A stretch of DNA of 34,352 bases from an uncultured Thermoanaerobaculia bacterium (GCA_964430905.1 CAYSHZ010000002.1:1-34352), one strand, 5' to 3'; positions 18,793-28,168 are shown, numbered from the stretch's first letter. Notes: generated from the sequence alone by a model not told the origin. Translations and numbers: made by a program.

Positions 18793-18907
18793 TGGAGCCC
18801 AGGTGACCTGCGGCACTCGCCGAGTTTCCCCTTAGTGCTGCTCCCTTCCGGGCCTGACACGGTTCGGAGATTGACGATGCACAGGGCCCGGACTCCATCA
18901 GGGGCTC
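18783..18907 (-). ncRNA. ffs: signal recognition particle RNA (4.5S / small SRP RNA)
   Basis: The minus strand contains GTCAGGCCCGGAAGGGAGCAGC (plus-strand 18837-18858). This is nearly identical to the universally conserved domain IV of E. coli 4.5S RNA (GUCAGGUCCGGAAGGAAGCAGC), with a GGAA tetraloop. A 15-bp closing helix (18783-18797 with 18893-18907) makes a long, roughly 125-nt hairpin. Ends are approximate. Confidence 0.8.
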
Positions 18908-18916
18908 TGAGAAGAA

Positions 18917-19006
<90 letters not shown>

Positions 19007-19032
19007 GTATTGAACAATTGCTGTCAAAGACC

Positions 19033-19122
19033 TGGCGGAGAGGAAGGGATTCGAACCCTTGGACCTCGTGAAAGGTCAGCGGTTTTCGAGACCGCCCCGT
19101 TCGACCACTCCGGCACCTCTCC
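19033..19122 (-). tRNA. tRNA-Ser (anticodon CGA), CCA encoded
   Basis: Reverse complement: GGAGAGG...GCGGT-CTCGAAA-ACCGC...long variable arm...AAGGGTTCGAATCCCTT-CCTCTCC-G-CCA. Confidence 0.95.
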
Positions 19123-19138
19123 ACACGGGGAAGGCATT

Positions 19139-19624
19139 CTACGACGAAAGCCGTTTCTTGGCAAAGAACTCCTTGAGAATTTTTGATGAGGTGTCGGCCT
19201 CAAGTCCTCCGCGCTGTGCAATTGGGGGCTTGAGGCGTGGGTCTTCGGCAGCGTCAAGAACCGTGCCGCAGGCGCCCATGACCGGATCGGGCGCACCCCA
19301 GATGATCAATGAAACCTGTGCCTGTCGGCATGCTTCAAGGCACATCGGGCAGGGTTCCAGGGTGACATACAGGGTCTCGCTGTCGAGCCGGCGATTCTCC
19401 CGCGTGGCGCCTCCGGCCCTGAGAACCAGAATCTCGGCGTGGGCCGTTGGGTCATGGAGTTCTTCCCTGCGGTTTCCCGAACGGGCGATGATCTGTCCAT
19501 CGGAAACGAGAACCGCACCGACGGGCACCTCACCACGCGAGCCGGCCTTGAGGGCTTCCTCAATGGCATTCTCCATGAAGACGTGATCTGCATCACCAAA
19601 GACCCACGATGGGAGGTTCGACAT
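19139..19624 (-). CDS. tadA: tRNA-specific adenosine deaminase
   Basis: CDA zinc motifs HAEILVLR and PCPMCLEAC. About 160 aa. N-terminal FMENAIEEALKA is typical of TadA. Confidence 0.9.
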   Translation of the reverse strand: MSNLPSWVFGDADHVFMENAIEEALKAGSRGEVPVGAVLVSDGQIIARSGNRREELHDPTAHAEILVLRAGGATRENRRLDSETLYVTLEPCPMCLEACRQAQVSLIIWGAPDPVMGACGTVLDAAEDPRLKPPIAQRGGLEADTSSKILKEFFAKKRLSS

Positions 19625-19699
19625 TCAGCGACTCATTCCTCAGACACTGTTTTGAGCGGTCAGCCGACAGCCGACAACTGAAAGCCGAAAGCTTCCAAC

Positions 19700-20788
19700 C
19701 TACTTCAGCTCAACCCTGTCTCCTATCAGTACCGGGGACCATCCGCGCGTGATGATGGCTGTCGAATAGGTCTCCTCGACCGTCAAAAGACCGATCTCAC
19801 CGATGACAAGGCGGGGCATTCCCTCTACGGGATTGTCCCGGAAAATCGTCGCGAACTGACCGGCGTACAAGCCCTCGGCATTCCCCAGATCAATCATCAC
19901 GACCTGGCCGATTCCACTCTCGGTGACGTGGTCCTTGGAGTAGATGACGTAGCCGGTTGCATTCCCGTTGGGCACGTCGCAGCGGTCACTGGCATCCGGG
20001 TCAACGACCAGGGGCACCGGGATCGGATGATAGGGCAGGAGAACATCCCCCAGGGAGATGAAGTCGCAAGCGAAAGTCACCTCGGCGATGGACGTGTTTT
20101 CCTGGGCACAGAGAATCTTGAGTTGACCGGTGTAGGGATACGATCGGCCCAGCAGACTGTTGCTGACGGGATGTCGTACCTTTTCTCCGGGGTGAAGAAT
20201 AAAGAAACGGTCGCCGGCCTGGACCCCCTGCTCGACGCCCCCGTTGATATAGACGATATCGCCCTCAGAATAGTGATCCTGGAACTGGATTCTCTCGGCA
20301 GAGTTGATATTGAAGAGGAAGATGGATTCATCCTCAATCAATTTTCCGAAACAGTAGATCTCAGCCGCCGAGGCCAGGGGGTGAGGCGATCCGCCATTGA
20401 CTTCTTCCGGCACTTCCTCCGGAGGTTCGACATACTCTTCCGGGATCACCTCTTCGATGATCGGCTCCGGCTCCTGGACCGCCAAGTCGATGACAAGTGG
20501 GTCACCAGGATAGATCCAGTGGGAGTCCCGGATATAGGGATTACGCTCCCAAAGTTGGGGCCACAGGTATGGATCGCCGAGGTAGGTCGATGCGAGATCC
20601 CACAGGGTGTCTCCCTTGACGATGGTATGAACCTGACTTCCCTCGGGGAAATCCGCCGGGGGGTCGTAGGGTGTCCAGTGGTCTCCCACCTGATGCAGGG
20701 GCTGCGGAGGTGGGGCAACGGACTGAGCCATCGCAAGACAGGGAAACATGGCCAAAATGGCAAAGGCAATCGGAAATTTGATCTTCAT
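19700..20788 (-). CDS. LysM domain-containing secreted protein
   Basis: Signal peptide MKIKFPIAFAILAMFPCLAMAQ. LysM block HTIVKGDTLWDLASTYLGDPYLWPQLWERNPYIRDSHWIYPGDPL. Start set at ATG 20788, preceded by GGGAGA. Confidence 0.8.
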   Translation of the reverse strand: MKIKFPIAFAILAMFPCLAMAQSVAPPPQPLHQVGDHWTPYDPPADFPEGSQVHTIVKGDTLWDLASTYLGDPYLWPQLWERNPYIRDSHWIYPGDPLVIDLAVQEPEPIIEEVIPEEYVEPPEEVPEEVNGGSPHPLASAAEIYCFGKLIEDESIFLFNINSAERIQFQDHYSEGDIVYINGGVEQGVQAGDRFFILHPGEKVRHPVSNSLLGRSYPYTGQLKILCAQENTSIAEVTFACDFISLGDVLLPYHPIPVPLVVDPDASDRCDVPNGNATGYVIYSKDHVTESGIGQVVMIDLGNAEGLYAGQFATIFRDNPVEGMPRLVIGEIGLLTVEETYSTAIITRGWSPVLIGDRVELK

Positions 20789-20878
20789 GTTCCGTCTCCC
20801 AGTTTTTAGCACCATTTCAGGGTACTGTACGTATGCAAATGCGTCAAACCTCAGTCCTTACTCCCAAAATGCCGGCAA

Positions 20879-21694
20879 TTACTCCGGTGGTTCCTTGGGG
20901 GTCTCTTCCTGGGGCTTGTCCTGAGCCTTGTCCTGAGCCTTGTCCTGAGCCTTCTTCTGGGCCTTCTCGGCCTCTTTCCTCTTCTTATCCAGGAGTTGGC
21001 GAAGATGCTCTTTGGCATCGGTCAGCTCTCCCTGGACCTTCTCCAGCAGGGCATCAGCCTCATCCATTCTGTCGAAATCGGGATAATTCTCCTTGAGGTA
21101 TTCCAGACGCCAGGAGGCCGCAAGCCAGCGCTTGTTTCGAGCGTAGAATCGAGCCGTAATCAGCTCATGTTCGGCCAGCACGTCGAGGAGTTGTCCGATT
21201 CGGCTCTGAGCTTCATCGAAATACTCTGAATCGGGATACAACGTCAACAACTGTCTGTAGGCATTGAGTGCTTCTTCGACGGTAGAAAGATCCCGGTCCG
21301 GTTTCATCTGGCGGGCGGAATACGTCTGACCCACCATCAAGAGGGCGTAGTCTCGGTCGGGGTCGTTGGGATAGCGATTTGCAAAATCCCGGTAGCGAAG
21401 TCGGGCCTCGGTCAGGCTGGCCGTATCCTTTTTTGCGGCGTAGGTATCGGCGACGCGCAGTGCGGCCTTGTGGCCCAGGGGATCGTTGGGGAAGGTGTCG
21501 TAGACAAAGCTGAAATAGTTGCGGGCGTCCTCAAGCTTGTGGTCGGTGTACAGTGCCTCGGCCTTCTCAAAGATCTCGGTCTTGTTCATGTCTGTCAACT
21601 CCATCAGGAGTTCTTCCTCACGGTTCGCGCTGGAACAACCGACGAGAGCGATCGACACAAGACACAGGTACATCAGGCGACGGCCAGTAATCAT
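20879..21694 (-). CDS. bamD: outer membrane protein assembly factor BamD (TPR lipoprotein)
   Basis: Lipobox LVGC|SS. TPR-like repeats with the YfiO/BamD pattern (YPNDPDRDYALLMVGQTY, YPDSEYFDEAQ). Lys/Gln/Asp-rich repetitive C-terminal tail. Confidence 0.85.
   Translation of the reverse strand: MITGRRLMYLCLVSIALVGCSSANREEELLMELTDMNKTEIFEKAEALYTDHKLEDARNYFSFVYDTFPNDPLGHKAALRVADTYAAKKDTASLTEARLRYRDFANRYPNDPDRDYALLMVGQTYSARQMKPDRDLSTVEEALNAYRQLLTLYPDSEYFDEAQSRIGQLLDVLAEHELITARFYARNKRWLAASWRLEYLKENYPDFDRMDEADALLEKVQGELTDAKEHLRQLLDKKRKEAEKAQKKAQDKAQDKAQDKPQEETPKEPPE
20915..20950. repeat. 3 x 12-nt perfect tandem repeat CTTGTCCTGAGC (encodes (AQDK)3 in the BamD tail)
   Basis: Read directly. Units at 20915-26, 20927-38 and 20939-50, with degenerate copies following. 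In frame within bamD. Confidence 0.9.
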
Positions 21695-22371
21695 AGGGTT
21701 TCTCCTTGTGGGTCGGGTGGGGTCGTTCCCGCCGCCCGCAGTTGGGCCAGGGCCTCCAAACGGTTCGGTCGGCCGAATACGGCGGAACCGGCCACCAACG
21801 TGGTTGCTCCGGCTCGAACCAGGGGCCCGATTGTCTCGGGATCGACGCCACCATCAACCGTGATATCCATATCGTCGGCACCTATGATGGAACGAAGGCG
21901 AGTGACCTTGGACAGAGTCTGGGGAATGAAGTGTTGACCACCGAAGCCTGGATTGACCGACATCACGACGACGAAATCAACCCATGCCAGGGTCTCTTCA
22001 AGGGCGCTGAGCGGCGTTGAAGGATTGAGGGCAACGCCTCGCTCCATTCCAAGATCTCCAATGATCGACAGGGTTCGGTTGAGATGAGTACAGGCTTCGA
22101 CGTGAACGGCGACTCGGGCCACTCCGGCTTCCGCCAAGGGTTCCAGCAACATATCGGCATCGGTGACCATCAGATGGGCATCGAGGGGAAGAGTTGTTGC
22201 GCGGGCCAGAGCTGCGATCACCGGGGGGCCAAAAGTCAAATTGGGAACAAAATGCCCGTCCATGACGTCAAGATGGAGGAAATTTGCGCCTCCCGCCTCG
22301 ACCTCGGCAATCTCTCTGTCCAGCCGGGCAAAGTTGGCGGACAACAACGACGGCGCCAGACGGAAGGTCAT
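21691..22371 (-). CDS. rpe: ribulose-phosphate 3-epimerase
   Basis: APSLLSANF...HLDVMDGHFVPNLTFG...MSVNPGFGGQ motifs. ATG 22371 forms an ATGA overlap with the upstream PASTA gene stop. The track start 22383 is an alternative. Confidence 0.93.
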   Translation of the reverse strand: MTFRLAPSLLSANFARLDREIAEVEAGGANFLHLDVMDGHFVPNLTFGPPVIAALARATTLPLDAHLMVTDADMLLEPLAEAGVARVAVHVEACTHLNRTLSIIGDLGMERGVALNPSTPLSALEETLAWVDFVVVMSVNPGFGGQHFIPQTLSKVTRLRSIIGADDMDITVDGGVDPETIGPLVRAGATTLVAGSAVFGRPNRLEALAQLRAAGTTPPDPQGETL

Positions 22372-23105
22372 CGACTGATCCATAGGGTGATGATATCGGA
22401 TCTTGAAAAGGGACTGCCGGCCGGTGGATACTGTCTCAACACACGGCCGGGGGTAAATCCGGGGTAGTCAACCTCATGGATTCTTCCCAACCGAAAGCGG
22501 TGTTGGTCACAGAACACTCGTACCGTTGTCAGAGGCTGCGACAGGAGGGACGGCATCACCCACAGCTGTTCGGTTGGAGTCCGATTGGTCAAGAGATCGA
22601 CTTCGGTCTCCGGCAGGACTGTCGTGTCAATCGATGGTTCGGTCTCCACGACGGAGTCCGCGCCACCCTGGCCGAGAATCTCAGCACGCCGACCGGGTTT
22701 CAGCCCCACATTCTCCAAGGCTCGAATTGCTGCCTGGGGTGATTCCCCTCGGATCAGGGGGACCCTGATCTGCTCATTTCCAAGGCTCCGATGAACGTGA
22801 ACGATGCTTCCCGTCTTGACATGGAAGCCCGGAAGGGGATTCTGGGCTGCGATCAATCCTGGCGCAACCGTTGGGCTGAAGACTCCAGTCTCCTCGTAGG
22901 AAACAACCAGACCGACGTCGTGAGCATGGCCCTCGGCCTCGTGGTCCGCGAGGCCACGGAGTTCCGGGACCGATACCGTCCCCAGGTGGACTGTGTAGAC
23001 CAGTGAGAACCACCCGGAAATACCGACCGCCATAAAAAACAGGCCCGCCAGAAAAAGTCGTCCGATCATCGGCGCAAATCTAGCACGGAGAGGCGTGTCG
23101 GCCAT
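22368..23105 (-). CDS. membrane-anchored PASTA-repeat protein (no kinase or PBP domain)
   Basis: N-terminal TM segment (IGRLFLAGLFFMAVGISGWFSLVY) followed by about three PASTA-like repeats (VPELRGL...A...GL; VPLIRGESPQAAIRALENVGLKPG; MPSLLSQPLTTV...). Confidence 0.65.
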   Translation of the reverse strand: MADTPLRARFAPMIGRLFLAGLFFMAVGISGWFSLVYTVHLGTVSVPELRGLADHEAEGHAHDVGLVVSYEETGVFSPTVAPGLIAAQNPLPGFHVKTGSIVHVHRSLGNEQIRVPLIRGESPQAAIRALENVGLKPGRRAEILGQGGADSVVETEPSIDTTVLPETEVDLLTNRTPTEQLWVMPSLLSQPLTTVRVFCDQHRFRLGRIHEVDYPGFTPGRVLRQYPPAGSPFSRSDIITLWISR

Positions 23106-23121
23106 CTTTGGCTAATCTCCT

Positions 23122-24456
23122 TCAGCCGCGAGAGAACATTTGGTAGAGGTTCTCCGGCAAGATCTTGATGATGTCGTTGAAGACAACCACAACCATCAGG
23201 AGAATCAGCAACACGAATCCGACTTCCAAAATCCGTTCCTTGACCTTGAGTGAAAGATCCCGCCGCCTGACGCTTTCGAACGCCAGAATCGTCAGGTGCC
23301 CTCCGTCGAGGACGGGGATTGGAAGGAGATTGAAGATCCCTAATTGAAGGGAGATGACACCCATCAACCAAATCAACGAGTGAATGCCGGCCTTGGCCGC
23401 TTCTCCCGAAATCCTGGCGATATCAATGGGTCCGGACACCTGGCTGAGAGAGGCTTTTCGAGTGAACAACCGGCCAAGAACCCGGAAGGTCTCCCTGGTC
23501 ATGCGCCTGCATTCGGTGACGGCAGCGCCGATCGCTCCAATCGGTCCAAGACGTTGGAGTTTTGAGGGGAAGACCATGGCGATGCCGATCTTGCCCTCGC
23601 CGCCTTCGTTTCTCGGGGTCACCGTCAACGTCTGATATGAACCGTTGCGATCAATGAGAAGCTCGAGTGCCTCTCCCGGCCGGGGAGAGATCAGGCGGAT
23701 CAGGTCGTAGAACTGCTCAACCGGTTGATCGTCAATTTTGAGGATGATGTCCCCGGGTTCAAGGCCTGCCGATTCGGCGGGGGCGCCCGGCATCAGACGG
23801 ACGATTTCTGCCCCCAAAGGCGGGAGGATCCCGGAGTAACCGAAGCCATATCGGGTGATCTTGTCCGGTGTCAGTGTGACATCGACGGTGGTATCGCCCC
23901 GTTGAACCTTGACGTCGACTTCTCGGCCCCCGGCCGAAAGGATGGATCCTTCCAGGTCCTGCCACGTTTCCATCGTCTGGCCGTCAATCGACAGCACGCG
24001 GTCTCCGACCTCGATGCCTGCCGTCGTGCCTGGAGAGTCAGGCTCGACCCATCCGACGACGGGCTGTTCCGATCGGTAGGTTGGGATCTCAACGCCGATC
24101 ATGAACGCGACCGCTACGAAGACCACTGCGGCGATGACGTTGGTGATCGGCCCGCCAAAGAGAATCAAGCCTCGTTTCCAGCGGGGCAACAACTCGGGCT
24201 CCTCATCGTTTCCACCAGTGGTCATATCGGTCTCGTCCGGACCCAGGCCAACAACCCTGACGTAGCCACCAAAGGGAATCAGGCTGAGACGATAGTCGGT
24301 CCCACCCCGCTCGAAGCCCCAGATTCTCTTCCCGAAGCCAACCGAAAAGACCTCTACCGGGGCCCCGACCAGCCGGGCCATCAAGAAATGACCGGCCTCG
24401 TGGAGGACGACAAGCACACCAAGAACAAAGAAAAATGCGAGAATACTGACGATCAT
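23122..24456 (-). CDS. rseP: RIP zinc metalloprotease RseP (site-2 protease)
   Basis: HEAGHFLMA (HExxH), two PDZ-like segments, NLLPIPVLDGGH motif. Confidence 0.93.
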   Translation of the reverse strand: MIVSILAFFFVLGVLVVLHEAGHFLMARLVGAPVEVFSVGFGKRIWGFERGGTDYRLSLIPFGGYVRVVGLGPDETDMTTGGNDEEPELLPRWKRGLILFGGPITNVIAAVVFVAVAFMIGVEIPTYRSEQPVVGWVEPDSPGTTAGIEVGDRVLSIDGQTMETWQDLEGSILSAGGREVDVKVQRGDTTVDVTLTPDKITRYGFGYSGILPPLGAEIVRLMPGAPAESAGLEPGDIILKIDDQPVEQFYDLIRLISPRPGEALELLIDRNGSYQTLTVTPRNEGGEGKIGIAMVFPSKLQRLGPIGAIGAAVTECRRMTRETFRVLGRLFTRKASLSQVSGPIDIARISGEAAKAGIHSLIWLMGVISLQLGIFNLLPIPVLDGGHLTILAFESVRRRDLSLKVKERILEVGFVLLILLMVVVVFNDIIKILPENLYQMFSRG

Positions 24457-24537
24457 GCATGACTCCTGGGGGCCGAGTTCACGACCCTGCGGTCGGCCGT
24501 TGCGGTTCTACGAACGCATTCAACAGGCCATCCGGGG

Positions 24538-24546
24538 ATTATAACA
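24538..24546 (-). promoter_or_regulatory. extended -10 promoter element TGTTATAAT upstream of rseP
   Basis: Plus-strand ATTATAACA at 24538-24546 is TG-T-TATAAT on the minus strand. It lies in the 108-nt dxr-rseP spacer, about 80 nt upstream of the rseP ATG. Confidence 0.45.
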
Positions 24547-24564
24547 GTCCTTGGATTGAAGCCT

Positions 24565-25719
24565 TCAGAGGCGCCTGAGCTGCTCCAGAGCCTTTGTGCG
24601 AGCCCTCCCGTCGGCGTCGAGCGCCTGTGGGAGGCTCGTCAGCGGGCGGTTCTGACCGGACCATGTTTCCATGACGGTCTCTACGGTCGATGTGATGTCC
24701 GGGAAGGTGCACCGGTGTTCCAAGAATGCGGCGACGGCCACCTCGTTGGCTGCGTTCATCACTGCCGGCATTTCGCCCCCGGCTTCCAGGGCCTGCCGGG
24801 CCAGACGCAGGGCGGGAAACCGGACGGGATCCGGTTCTTCGAAGGTCAGTTGTCCCACTTCGGCCAGATCCAGGGCGGGCAAGGGCGATTCCAGACGATC
24901 GGGCCAGGCCAGGGCATACATGATCGGGAACCGCATGTCGTTGACCGAAAGCTGTGCCATCAAGGTTCCGTCGATGTATTCAACCAGGGAATGCACCAGA
25001 CTCTGGGGGTGGATGACAACGTCGATCGCCTCCGATGGCATTTTGAAGAGGTGATGAGCCTCGATGATTTCCAGACCCTTGTTCATCATGGTTGCCGAAT
25101 CGACGGTGATCTTGGGGCCCATCTTCCAGGTTGGGTGGTTGAGGGTTTCTTCAAGCGTCGCCTGTTGGATTCTCTCGACGGGCCAGGTCCTGAACGGACC
25201 ACCCGACGCAGTCAGGATCAGTCGTTTGACCCGACCGGCAGGGCCGACGCGAAGAGCCTGATGGATGGCGTTGTGCTCGCTGTCGACCGGCAGGATATTG
25301 ATCTCCGCTTCTGCTGCGGCGGCCATGACAACATCCCCGGCGACGACCAACGTCTCCTTGTTGGCAAGGGCGACATTTTTGCCGGCCCGGATCGCCGCCA
25401 AGGTCGGCGCCAGACCGATTGATCCGACCAGTGCCGCGACCACGGTGTCCGCATTGGCGGCACAGGCGACCTCTTCGAGCGCCTCGGGTCCCGAGCTAAA
25501 ACGAGTCCCGGGAAACTCGGTGGCCAATGCTTTGGCATCATCGGGATCACGGACCGCAACGATCGAAGGTTGATGCCGGGCAATTTGCGGGCGAAGAACC
25601 TCAAGATTGGTTCCCGCGGCCAAGGCCTCGACCCGGTAACACTCGGGGAATGCCTCGACGACCGACAGGGTCGATGTGCCGATGGATCCCGTGCTGCCGA
25701 GGATGGTTAGACTTTTCAC
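24565..25719 (-). CDS. dxr: 1-deoxy-D-xylulose 5-phosphate reductoisomerase
   Basis: LTILGSTGSIGTSTL NADPH motif, LANKETLV, DSEHNAIHQ. GTG start overlapping the cdsA stop by 1 nt. Confidence 0.95.
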   Translation of the reverse strand: MKSLTILGSTGSIGTSTLSVVEAFPECYRVEALAAGTNLEVLRPQIARHQPSIVAVRDPDDAKALATEFPGTRFSSGPEALEEVACAANADTVVAALVGSIGLAPTLAAIRAGKNVALANKETLVVAGDVVMAAAAEAEINILPVDSEHNAIHQALRVGPAGRVKRLILTASGGPFRTWPVERIQQATLEETLNHPTWKMGPKITVDSATMMNKGLEIIEAHHLFKMPSEAIDVVIHPQSLVHSLVEYIDGTLMAQLSVNDMRFPIMYALAWPDRLESPLPALDLAEVGQLTFEEPDPVRFPALRLARQALEAGGEMPAVMNAANEVAVAAFLEHRCTFPDITSTVETVMETWSGQNRPLTSLPQALDADGRARTKALEQLRRL

Positions 25720-26528
25720 TACACCAACCTAAACAGAACGAGATAGACCAGGACCAGAGGCGCCGAAAACAACAGGCTGTCGGTACGGTCCAGAAGACCT
25801 CCGTGGCCAGGGATCAGGGACGAGGAGTCTTTGACGCCGGTATCTCTCTTGAACAGGGACACGATGAGATCTCCGATGGGGGCACTGATCGAGAGGATGG
25901 CGGCCAGAGCGAAAACGTGAGGCCAATCGAAGGGCAGCGGAAACAGGGAATTGAATATGGCGGCAGCCAGAAAGGTCGCGGCAATACCTCCACCAAGTCC
26001 TTCCCAGGTTTTCTTCGGTGACAGAACGGGCGCCATGTGATGACGTCCAAAATTCTTTCCGACGTAGTAGGCGCCCGAATCGCCGATCCAGATCGTTACC
26101 AGGAAGAAGATCAGGAGGCGAATCCCGGTCGTCTGATCAAAGGGCATCGTCCGCAGCCAGCCGAAGCACGCGCCGGTGATACCCAGATAGGTGATACCGA
26201 AGACGGTGACCGAGGTGCCGGCCAGTGCGCCTTCTGGGGCCTTGGGGTGGGCCAGGTGAAACGCCGGCGCCATCACGATGACCACAGCGACCGCGACGGA
26301 CAGGCCGAAGGGGCCCCGAAGGACGGCGGTTGCCAGGACGGCGGCCAGGACAACGACGGGAAGGACGCGCCCGGTGGCCAGGCCCGAACCCCGGGCCATG
26401 CGAAAGAGTTCGTCTCCTGCGATTACGACAAGGACCGAGATCAAGGCGGCGGAGACCCAACCCGGCGCCCACACGATGCATGCGAGAACCAGGGGGCCGG
26501 CGATGACGGCAAAGAGTTCACGTTTCAA
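25719..26528 (-). CDS. cdsA: phosphatidate cytidylyltransferase
   Basis: Polytopic. Signature SLFKRDTGVKDSSSLIPGHGGLLDRTDS. Confidence 0.92.
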   Translation of the reverse strand: MKRELFAVIAGPLVLACIVWAPGWVSAALISVLVVIAGDELFRMARGSGLATGRVLPVVVLAAVLATAVLRGPFGLSVAVAVVIVMAPAFHLAHPKAPEGALAGTSVTVFGITYLGITGACFGWLRTMPFDQTTGIRLLIFFLVTIWIGDSGAYYVGKNFGRHHMAPVLSPKKTWEGLGGGIAATFLAAAIFNSLFPLPFDWPHVFALAAILSISAPIGDLIVSLFKRDTGVKDSSSLIPGHGGLLDRTDSLLFSAPLVLVYLVLFRLV

Positions 26529-27330
26529 TAGAGGAGCCTCCGTCAGTGGTGTTTTCGGATGAGGTCAGACCACCGAAGCGACGGTCCCGCTGCTGGTAGG
26601 CCCGAATAGCCTCGAGAAATTCGTGGACACCGAAATCGGGCCAAAGAACATCGGTGAAATAGATTTCCGAGTAGGCGATCTGCCACAGGAGGAAGTTCGA
26701 AATCCTTTGCTCACCGGAGGTTCGGATCAACAGGTCAGGATCCGGCGTACCGGCCGTGTCGAGGTGGCGGTTGATCCAGCCCTCGTCAACCGCCTCGGGT
26801 TTGAGTCGTCCATCGGCCGCATCGGTGACGGCTTCCTTAAAGACGCGGCCAAGTTCATGCCGCCCGGAATAGTTGAGAGCAATTTGAACCAACGTTCCCG
26901 TACAGTTGCGAGTCGCCCGTCCGGCCATGTTGAGGTATTGCCTGACCGAGGGGTCGAGCCGCTCCAAATCACCAATCGTCCCGAAACGGAGGTTGTTCTT
27001 TTTGAAGGTTTCCAGTTGTGAGTCTATGAACTCCTTGAGCAGGGACCAGAGTGCGCGTACCTCCAGCTTGGGCCTTTTCCAATTTTCGGTGGAAAAGGCG
27101 TAGAGGGTGATGACTTCGATCTCCAGGCGAGCGGCGGTTTCCAGGGTGATCCGTACTGCCTTGGCGCCTGCCCGATGTCCCTCGACACGCGGTAGGTTCC
27201 GGGCATGAGCCCATCGTCCGTTTCCGTCCATGATGATCGCTATATGCCGGGGCATTCTGTCCGGACGGAGTTCATCCAGAGTCTGGCGTTCCGGTGTTCC
27301 CGGGCGAGCGATACCGTCTTTCTCAATCAT
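26518..27330 (-). CDS. uppS: di-trans,poly-cis-undecaprenyl-diphosphate synthase (isoprenyl transferase)
   Basis: HIAIIMDGNGRWA, TLYAFSTENWKRP, IRTSGEQRISNFLLWQIAYSE. Confidence 0.93.
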   Translation of the reverse strand: MIEKDGIARPGTPERQTLDELRPDRMPRHIAIIMDGNGRWAHARNLPRVEGHRAGAKAVRITLETAARLEIEVITLYAFSTENWKRPKLEVRALWSLLKEFIDSQLETFKKNNLRFGTIGDLERLDPSVRQYLNMAGRATRNCTGTLVQIALNYSGRHELGRVFKEAVTDAADGRLKPEAVDEGWINRHLDTAGTPDPDLLIRTSGEQRISNFLLWQIAYSEIYFTDVLWPDFGVHEFLEAIRAYQQRDRRFGGLTSSENTTDGGSSIET

Positions 27331-28141
27331 TAGTGCTCAAGGGCGGCAGTCTACCAAAGTACACCTTTTCCATCGTCAGCCCTTCGGCGGGTGCAGTGTA
27401 GACGTCCGGTACATGGTGAGGGGATGCCAATAGGGTCTCCAGCCAGGCCTGATCAAATTTTCCCCATCCGACCTGCAGCAGGGCGCCAACCATGCGCCGA
27501 ATCTGATACCGGAGAAAGCCATCACCGACAAACTCAAGGTGGAGGCCATGGGATGCGGGGGAGGCCTTTGCCGAGACAATGGTTCGGACGGTTGTTCTTG
27601 TCACGGGGTCGATGACCGTGAACGGAGCCCAGTCACGGCGACCCTGAAAAAGATTGACCAATTTGGTCATCAGGTCGGGATTTTTGGGTGGACGAATCTG
27701 GGCTGTCCGGAGGGTTCTCCATGGTGGGATGGCCGGCGCACCGTCCCACCGCATGCGATAGACGTACTTCTTGCCCTTGGAACTTTTCCGGGAGTGAAAG
27801 GTATTCGGAACACGCTGTGTGGAGAGGATTCGAATTGTCCGGGGCAGATTGTGATTGAGGGCCTTGAGAAGGTTGTCGGAGGGAATTGAGGGCCTGAGAT
27901 CGATATGGGCCACCTGACCGGTTGCGTGAACCCCGGCGTCGGTGCGACCGGATCCTTCTACGGTGATTCTGGGTTCTCCGAAGACCTCAAGAAGTGCTTT
28001 CTCGATCTCACCCTGGACCGAAGGGGCATTGTCCTGGCGTTGCCATCCTCGGTAATTCGTGCCGAGATAGGCCACAACAAGCCGATATCGTTGCGTCTCC
28101 ATCGGGTGCATCGTCGCACGAGATGATAGGTTTCGCCACAA
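27323..28141 (-). CDS. truA: tRNA pseudouridine(38-40) synthase
   Basis: YRLVVAYLGTNYRGWQRQ and GRTDAGVHATGQVAH (catalytic Asp). The start is ambiguous (28141, 28111 or 28102). Confidence 0.9.
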   Translation of the reverse strand: MWRNLSSRATMHPMETQRYRLVVAYLGTNYRGWQRQDNAPSVQGEIEKALLEVFGEPRITVEGSGRTDAGVHATGQVAHIDLRPSIPSDNLLKALNHNLPRTIRILSTQRVPNTFHSRKSSKGKKYVYRMRWDGAPAIPPWRTLRTAQIRPPKNPDLMTKLVNLFQGRRDWAPFTVIDPVTRTTVRTIVSAKASPASHGLHLEFVGDGFLRYQIRRMVGALLQVGWGKFDQAWLETLLASPHHVPDVYTAPAEGLTMEKVYFGRLPPLSTND

Positions 28142-28168
28142 TCGGGTTGAGAGACGAAGTACACTGAG

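Noticed and set aside
18783-18907. A 15-bp perfect inverted repeat (GAGCCCCTGATGGAG / CTCCATCAGGGGCTC) flanking about 95 nt. First considered as MITE-like terminal inverted repeats, a three-way-junction ncRNA or tRNA-Sec.
   Set aside because: The interior contains the SRP RNA domain IV consensus with a GGAA tetraloop, and the repeat is simply the closing helix of 4.5S RNA. There is no TCA anticodon loop or T-loop.
20915-20950. Tandem 12-nt repeats considered as a CRISPR-like or minisatellite array
   Set aside because: There are only three contiguous units with no spacers, in frame inside bamD, encoding a repetitive peptide tail.
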